A stretch of 64,000 bases of DNA from Rhizophagus irregularis. Lineage: Eukaryota. The DNA is taken from positions 4,588,001-4,652,000 of the forward strand of contig NC_089434.1 of the NCBI RefSeq assembly GCF_026210795.1. Direction: 5' to 3'. A program made the translations under genes and the position numbers. The notes under the pieces are model-generated. The model did no database searches and had not been told where the DNA came from. It saw nothing but the letters and a program-made list of their open reading frames with translations. Of this stretch, positions 57,120 to 64,000 are shown piece after piece; within the stretch, counting starts at the first letter, position 1, and each line of letters opens with the position of its first letter.

Positions 57120-58140
57120 ACAAATATACATCACAAAAATGATTTAATAAACCACAAATACACCACAAAAATAAGCAAATACAGACAAAAAATACCACAA
57201 ATACATCACAAAAAGTACCACAAATACATCATAAAAAGTACCACAAATACACCACAAAAAGTACCATAAATACATCACAAAAATACCTACCACAAATATA
57301 ACACAAAAAGTACCACAAATACACCACAAAAGTACCACAAATACACCACGAAAATGAGATAATAAACCACAAAAGTACTGTAAATATACCACAAAAGTAC
57401 CACAAAAATACCACAAATACACCACAAATACACCATCATCAGGAAATTTGTTTAGGCGTAATTTAGTGTAATATTTCGAAGGTGGTGTAAAATTTCGAAA
57501 TATTACACTAAAAACGTAATATTACAAAAGTTTACGCTCTTAAATTTGAATAATTATAGTAATTTAAGAATATCTCGCTATCTACTGATCCAATCAAGAC
57601 GATCTATAGCTCATTGGAATCAGCTCATCAAGACGAATCGAATGGTAGTAAAATCGTATCTTTACGTTCGATAGATGATTTTCTATTAATTTAAAACTTT
57701 ACTGCATACTATAGAGCGTTCTATCAACTGTAGAAATGCGACTTTACTACCATTCGATCCGTCTTGATGAGCTGATTCCAATGAGCTATAGATCGTCTTG
57801 ATTGGATCAGTAGATAGCGAGATATTCTTAAATTACTATAATTATTCAAATTTAAGAGCGTAAACTTTTGTAATATTACGTTTTTAGTGTAATATTTCGA
57901 AATTTTACACCACCTTCGAAATATTACACTAAATTACGTCTAAACAAATTTCCTGATGATAAAATAAGTTAAATAGATCACAAATACACCACAAAATAAG
58001 TTACGAATACACCACAAAATAAGTTAAATACATCATAAATACGTCACGAAAATAAGTTAAATACTCTATAAATACACTATGAAAATGAAACAAATACCCA
58101 AAAATAAAACAAAAATACCATGGGAAATACCACAAAAATA
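57120..58140. repeat. ~22-bp minisatellite (TACCACAAATACACCACAAAAAG), interrupted by a foldback
   Basis: Units visible at 57120-57434 and, more diverged, at 57961-58140. Confidence 0.85.
57435..57960. mobile_element. Foldback element / near-perfect 526-bp palindrome
   Basis: ATCATCAGGAAATTTGTTTAG... is mirrored by ...CTAAACAAATTTCCTGATGAT; arms pair almost perfectly for over 200 bp around a short imperfect centre. Confidence 0.92.
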
Positions 58141-58176
58141 AAGAAAAACATCAAGAAAAGGGAAAAAAAACTAGTA

Positions 58177-58357
58177 CAGTCTACCCTTGATATAGCGAAG
58201 AAACCGTTCTGCACCTCAAATTCGTTATAGCAAGTTAACGAAGAATTTGAAGAATTTGATTGGTTACTTTGTTATAACGAGAGAAAATTGACATATTTTA
58301 TTGGCTAAGCGTCACATGATTTGTTATATAAAAATTCGCTATAGGAAGGGTAAACTG
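58177..58357. mobile_element. Tc1/mariner-type MITE, family B
   Basis: TIR CAGTCTACCCTTGATATAGCGAA / TTCGCTATAGGAAGGGTAAACTG; TA TSD. Confidence 0.88.
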
Positions 58358-58727
58358 TAATAATAATGTAATAATAGTTCATAAAAAAGTAAAGAAAAAG
58401 AAAGAAAGTATCAGTAATATCATTTCAAAAAAGTAGTAAATAAACAACAAAAAACAAAGCAAAAGATATCTTAGTAGTAAAAAGTTATTTTTAGTTGTTT
58501 ATATTAAAAAAAGAGTAGCATTAATAACATTTCAAAAAAAAAGAGAAAAAATAATGGAACCTAAAAAGAAAAATACGTGTCTAAAAAAAAATAATAATTT
58601 ACAAATGTATATCATCATATTATCGCAAAATGTATTTTACAGAAAATGAGATAATTTCAGGCGGAATTATGAGATCAATGCAAAATATTCTTTTTAGGAA
58701 ATTTGTATTACATAGTATAACCAATTT

Positions 58728-58918
58728 GGGAATAGCCAGAAATGACGTAATTTAAATTTTAGGATTTTTGACCCTCTTCCTATATCATCATTCATTTTAA
58801 AAAATGTAAAATTAAAACACAATTCTGACTAGAATTATATTAACTACAAGTGTCTAAAAGTGGAAGGTGTGTAACATAATTATAATCTTAACAAATGACG
58901 TCATTTCTGGCCATCCCC
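58728..58918. mobile_element. PIF/Harbinger-like MITE
   Basis: TIR GGGAATAGCCAGAAATGACGTAATTT / AAATGACGTCATTTCTGGCCATCCCC; 3-bp flank TTT on both sides. Confidence 0.7.
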
Positions 58919-59267
58919 TTTCCCATTTTTTATGGGAAATAAAATTTCCTTTTTAGGATTTATGTAACATCACGTGATACAGACTACGTTTTTATAAACT
59001 GTAGATTTTTATTGTAATTATAATTTTGAAAATTTGGGTAAAATTATATAATTATATAAAATTTACTAATAGGTTAAATAAATCACTTTAGGTTCAATTT
59101 AGTTTTATACTTATAAAAAATACTAAGTAAAAGTAAAATTAATTACATTTTTTTTTAAAAAAAAAATAAAAAAATAAAACAAAACCTTTGTTTTTATATT
59201 TAAAAAAAATTATTATAATAAGTAGAAAAGTTATAGTATTATATATATTATGTAATTATTAGAAAAG

Positions 59268-59519
59268 TAGTATTATTAAATTCAAGTTAAATTAAATTAA
59301 ACTAATAAACTGATGGGGTTTAGTAATTTCAGTCTAATTCAACTTAAAGGTCTTTAAATTATAATTCAGTTTAATTTAATTTAATAAATTAATAAAGTTA
59401 ATGGAATTAATAGAATTAATAAGGCTAAATTAATGGGTTTAATGAAACTAATAAGATTAATTTCATTTGAACTTGACTTTATCCTTAAGTTAGACCAAAT
59501 TGAACCATTAATATCACTA
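59268..59519. mobile_element. Possible degenerate hAT-type MITE
   Basis: TAGTATTATTAA / TTAATATCACTA termini; TTAAT repeats; candidate TSD matches only 5 of 8. Confidence 0.35.
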
Positions 59520-60227
59520 GATAAAAGTTCTCAAATATTTTACTTTTCATATAATATTTTATTAATAATGGTCAGAATTAGTTTTATAATTGTAATTTAG
59601 CTAAAGTTAATAACAATTATATATTACTTAGAGATAGAAGGAGAATATGATAAAAAAATAATTTTTAAGCTATTTTACTAAATAGTTTATTTTAAAACAT
59701 ATTTTTATTCTTTAGAAATATATTTTAAATAATCATACTAATATTTAAATATCAACAGAAATTTGAATATTTATTAATAAATCTAATAAATTATAGTAAA
59801 AGATAATTGACAAAACTACATATTTAATTATTAAATCCATTATTACTTTGATTTCAAAAATATTCAGTAATTATTATAGTATTTTGATCTGAATAAAACA
59901 GAATATTCTTGTACTATTACTATAATATTAGATTTAAATTTATCTGAATTTTCAAATATTTTTATAATAGCTGAATATTTATTTTGCAATCAGGAAAAAT
60001 AAAATTATCTGGATTCATTTAGTTAAAAAGTCCATAAGTTGTAAAATTTAAATTTTTTTAAATAATTTAGAATTTTTTTATTGATATTTATATACTGATA
60101 TTATTACATAGTCAGTTTTTTATTTTTCTTAGAAGCAGAAAAGTCTTTAATAAGGCAACAATTTAAGAATTCTTAGTTATGATTTGTAAAATAATTTTTC
60201 TTTCTAATTTTACTTTGCAATCTTTTT

Positions 60228-60470
60228 TTTTTTTTTTCTGCAGCGCATTTGCAGTTTTATTAAAGTAAAAAAATAAAAAAGATATATACAAAGTAAAATT
60301 TCCTAATAACTACTCTAATATAATTAAACTACAAACCACTTGTCATACCGGTAGTACCTCACGTGTGTACTGTCGAGTGATCGTTTGACTCTGTAGATAG
60401 ACTTCATTTAGTAACAGGTCATCTTAGCCATAAAGGCCCTATCTTCAATGTCTGGTGATCACGGGACCCA
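60228..60470 (-). mobile_element. Short non-coding poly(A) retroposon (SINE-like or LINE 3' UTR) with 16-bp TSD
   Basis: TSD ACTTTGCAATCTTTTT at 60212-60227 and 60471-60486; poly(T) at the left end; AATAAA on the minus strand shortly before the tail. Confidence 0.85.
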
Positions 60471-61488
60471 ACTTTGCAATCTTTTTGTATTACAATATAG
60501 ATTAAAGAATAAAGTAAATAATTGAGAAATCTAGGTTTTTAATTAAATTCAACTATAAATCAATAAATAATAAACTGGTTGAGATTAATCAAACCATTTT
60601 AAAGAACTATAATATAAAAATAAAGATGTTGTATAATAAGTAATATGCCTGTATTTTCAACCTATCAGTTATTCAAATTGCATTAATTTTTTGAGTTAAT
60701 TCAGAGTCAAAATAAAATATTTATAGAATGAAAATTGATATTTTAAAATAAAACAATAAATTTTTTTTCTTTTTGAAAAGACTGATAATATACAGTAAAA
60801 TATTTACTAAAAATAAATCAAAATTAAAAATAATTTTTATACCTTTTGAATAATAAACTAATTATCTAAGGTTTTACATAAATAAAAAAATAAAAAAAGG
60901 AAGCATATTTTTCAAAAAATGGATTTTTCAACTACATAATTATGAATTATTAATTATAAATTTACAGATAATTTGTTTATATTATCTTTATGATATAAAT
61001 TGTATTAGCATAAGAAAATCACCAAACTAATTTTCATATGGGCTTCAGGGTGATTATATAATATATAATCTTTACATACTCATAATTCAATTACTTAAAA
61101 TCAAAGCCTTCTGATTTAAACTGATTATATAATAAATTTTTTTTTGCAGCTCAAGAATAAATATAAGATATAATATAGGTAATTATTAAAAAAAAATTAA
61201 ATAGTATAGTGGTTAGATTGGATGGTTATGACAAGTTTCTTTCTTATATAATATTATAAACATTACTGATATAATTATTTCATTAAAAAAGAATTTTTAA
61301 GCTTATGATTATAAGTTTTTTTTTATTTAGCTATTTATTCTCATTAAATATATATTGCAAATCAATGATAGTCAAGAAAAAATCAAAGTTTAAAATAAAA
61401 AAAATTATCATATTTTTTGATAAAAATGGGATTATATTAAATTATAATGTATCAATTATCAAAAAAATAAAGGCTTTTAAAAACCTTT

Positions 61489-62043
61489 ATGGAAGAAGAT
61501 AAAACTGCATTATCTTTCTTGAATACAAATTTACTTCCTATTACTTCTATACCTGATAACAATATTGTAGATAAAAGTTTTCAATTAGTAAATCAGAATA
61601 AGCATATTAATGCTAATGAATCTTCAGTTGACAATATTATAAAATCTGATGATGAAGAAATTCATGATGATGCGTTAGATTTTGATTTATCAAAAGAAGT
61701 TAATAAAGTTGATACAGATATTAAAAATGGAGATCCAAACTTTCATTATGGGTTAAATAGCATATCAAAAAGCTAGATATACAAATATTTAATTATTTTT
61801 ACAAAATAATTAAATAACAAGAAAATATTATAAGAAGAATTGGAAGTTAGAAATAATAAACAAATAAAAGTGCAGGTAACGTCCATACAAAGAAGAAAAA
61901 GTAATAATAATGGTAGTAAAAGATTAAATCAAGGTAAAAAATCAAAAAGATCTTTTGAAAATATGGAAAATATAGATCCACAAACCATACCACCACGAAA
62001 AAAAGAACAATTAAAAAGAAACATACGTCAGCAGAGTCAATAA
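61489..62043 (+). pseudogene. Degenerate coding remnant, possibly a DNA-transposon gene C-terminus
   Basis: Two collinear ORFs separated by a stop; basic NLS-like tail; followed by a GC-richer, TIR-like segment at 62270-62370 with CACGTG repeats. Confidence 0.35.
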
Positions 62044-62780
62044 AATTAAAAAATGGAGACCAGTAGCTTATATTGATAATGCTTTTATATAAATAAAGAA
62101 AAGAATTTTATTAATTATATAAGTTACAAATTGAAATATTGATATTATCAATGTCAAATACAATTTAATAAAATAAAGTTAAAAGTTAGGTATAAAAACG
62201 CGTATAAAAATGTATTAAAAATATTAAAACATGAAAATACCTATATTTTCTTCGTATAACATTGAAATTTAGGTTATTTTCACGGCAATTTTACGAGAGT
62301 AAACGCGCGTTTTGACTTTTGAAGAAATTTTTTTTTCTGGGGTACACGTGAAGTTACACGTGAACACACCTGTTTTTGTTACACAAGATTCGAAGTTGTT
62401 TACTAGTGAAGATGTCATTTGAGTGAGAACTGAGAAGTTTTTCAATAACTGAATCGAAAAATAGAGCACAGTATGTTTACAATTTTAAAATTATAAATGT
62501 TAAAGTCTAATGAATAAAATTATATATACTGTAGCTATTTTTTTAATATATAGGTTTCGTACCGTAACTTTGTAGCTGGGAATCAGGCTTTAAAGTGAAT
62601 GTATGCGAAAACATTTTTATGAAGTTTTTCATACTTCAATGTAAGAAAATAGGATCATATAAAAAATGTTTTCAGAACGTAAAATCATATTTTTAATTTC
62701 TGATTATTTAAAGATTTAAGAAAATTATGTACAATATGTACGTAAGTTATAAATAAGTTTTTGAATGTTTATTAATTATA

Positions 62781-63220
62781 TATTACAATAAAGAATTCTT
62801 AATTATAATAATTGATTCTAATCCAGTCGGGATTCAGATGAAGGAAGACAAACGGCCTGTGGAATCAAAGACCTATGGATTTGCTGATTACAATACCCCC
62901 AAAGCTTCTACTTACAAGAAACCTCTGCTTCAAAATCTACTCTATATCGCTCTCAATCATTACGGCTTGATCGAAAAAAAAACACCAAATTTGAAAACGA
63001 ACCAATGTTAACAACTAAGGAAAGAATACAAACAAGTTACTACTCCTGGGCATTCGAGAAAAACTACAGAAGTAACATCAAAGGCAATAACTGAAAAGCT
63101 CTCAAACAAAGATTGATGATGATGGTTGATTTTGAGAAAAAGAATCAAAGTCACTTTAACTCCAAGAAAACGAAACGTGAACAAAAGTAGTATTACATAA
63201 TCTAATAATCGTACTATTAC
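62781..63220 (+). repeat. Second, internally deleted copy of the 22830-23465 segment
   Basis: Shared ATAAAGAATTCTTAATTATAATAATT, TATATCGCTCTCAAT..TTACGGCTT and GGCATTCGAGAAAAACTACAGAA; lacks about 240 bp corresponding to ~23047-23285. Confidence 0.88.
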
Positions 63221-63222
63221 AT

Positions 63223-64000
63223 CTTTCTTTGACTTCTTGGGCAAAAGATTTTGATGAATGTTCGGTAAAACTCCACCTTGAGCAATCGTAACATGACCGA
63301 GCAACTTATTCAACTCGATAATTCAATCCAAACTGCACCTTTCTTTGACTTCTTGGGTAAAAATTTTGATGAATGTTCAGTAAAACCCCACTTGAGCAAT
63401 CGTAACATGACCGAGCAACTTATTCAACTCGATAATTCAATCCAAACTGCTCCTTTCTTTGACTTCTTGGGCAAAAGATTTTGATGAATGTTCGGTAGAA
63501 CTCCACCTTGAGCAATCGTAACATGACCGAGCAACTTATTCAACTCGATAATTCAATCCAAACTGCACCTTTCTTTGACTTCTTGGGCAAAAGATTTTGA
63601 TGAATGTTCGGTAGAACTCCACCTTGAGCAATCGTAACATGACCGAGCAACTTATTCAACTCGATAATTCAATCCAAACTGCTCCTTTCTTTGACTTCTT
63701 GGGCAAAAGATTTTGATGAATGTTCGGTAGAACTCCACCTTGAGCAATCGTAACATGACCGAGCAACTTATTCAACTCGATAATTCAATCCAAACTGCAC
63801 CTTTCTTTGACTTCTTGGGCAAAAGATTTTGATGAATGTTCGGTAGAACTCCACCTTGAGCAATCGTAACATGACCGAGCAACTTATTCAACTCGATAAT
63901 TCAATCCAAACTGCACCTTTCTTTGACTTCTTGGGTAAAAGATTTTGATGAATGTTCGGTAGAACTCCACCTTGAGCAATCGTAACATGACCGAGCAACT
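63223..64000 (-). repeat. H2A: 116-bp tandem array derived from the 3' coding end of histone H2A
   Basis: Units start at 63223, 63339, 63453, 63569, 63685, 63801 and 63917 and run off the window. Each encodes on the minus strand [31 protein letters not shown] (H2A C-terminal docking region) plus a ~20-bp non-H2A linker. Confidence 0.93.

Noticed and set aside
57144..57425. Hydrophobic ORFs (MVYLWYFCGTFVV...)
   Set aside because: Translation of the ACCACAAAT minisatellite.
57760..57800. Hammerhead-like TGATGAG in the foldback
   Set aside because: No matching GAAA core or stems; explained by the palindrome.
63318..63338. Linker reads IQTA on the plus strand, like H2B REIQTAV
   Set aside because: Only four residues; easily chance.
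63223..64000. CRISPR-like array or functional histone gene cluster
   Set aside because: No unique spacers. Units carry only the last ~30 codons of H2A, have no start or histone fold, and are out of frame with each other.

Overview
Very AT-rich eukaryotic DNA with short GT-AG introns. The gene and repeat repertoire (F-box/LRR gene, RNAi-type RdRP, DIRS, RNase H-bearing LINE, many MITEs, fungal-type LSU rDNA piece) suggests an arbuscular mycorrhizal fungus such as Rhizophagus; this is an inference. The window is mostly decayed genes and transposons. Apparently intact genes: an 11-exon kinesin-13-like ORF that lacks its switch motifs through in-frame deletions (10.8-12.5 kb), an F-box/LRR gene (34.5-36.0 kb) and a 200-aa orphan ORF (41.3-41.9 kb). 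Pseudogenes and fragments: an RdRP interrupted around its catalytic core by three ~0.5-kb sense-oriented retroelement RNase H patches, two convergent SF3B4/Hsh49 copies forming a long inverted repeat, a 28S rRNA fragment, a hAT transposase remnant and a degenerate LINE. There are more than a dozen MITEs and retroposons, most with readable TIRs/TSDs, and a ~525-bp foldback. The window ends in a homogeneous 116-bp tandem array built from the 3' coding end of histone H2A. Coordinates were read by eye and may be off by a few bases.
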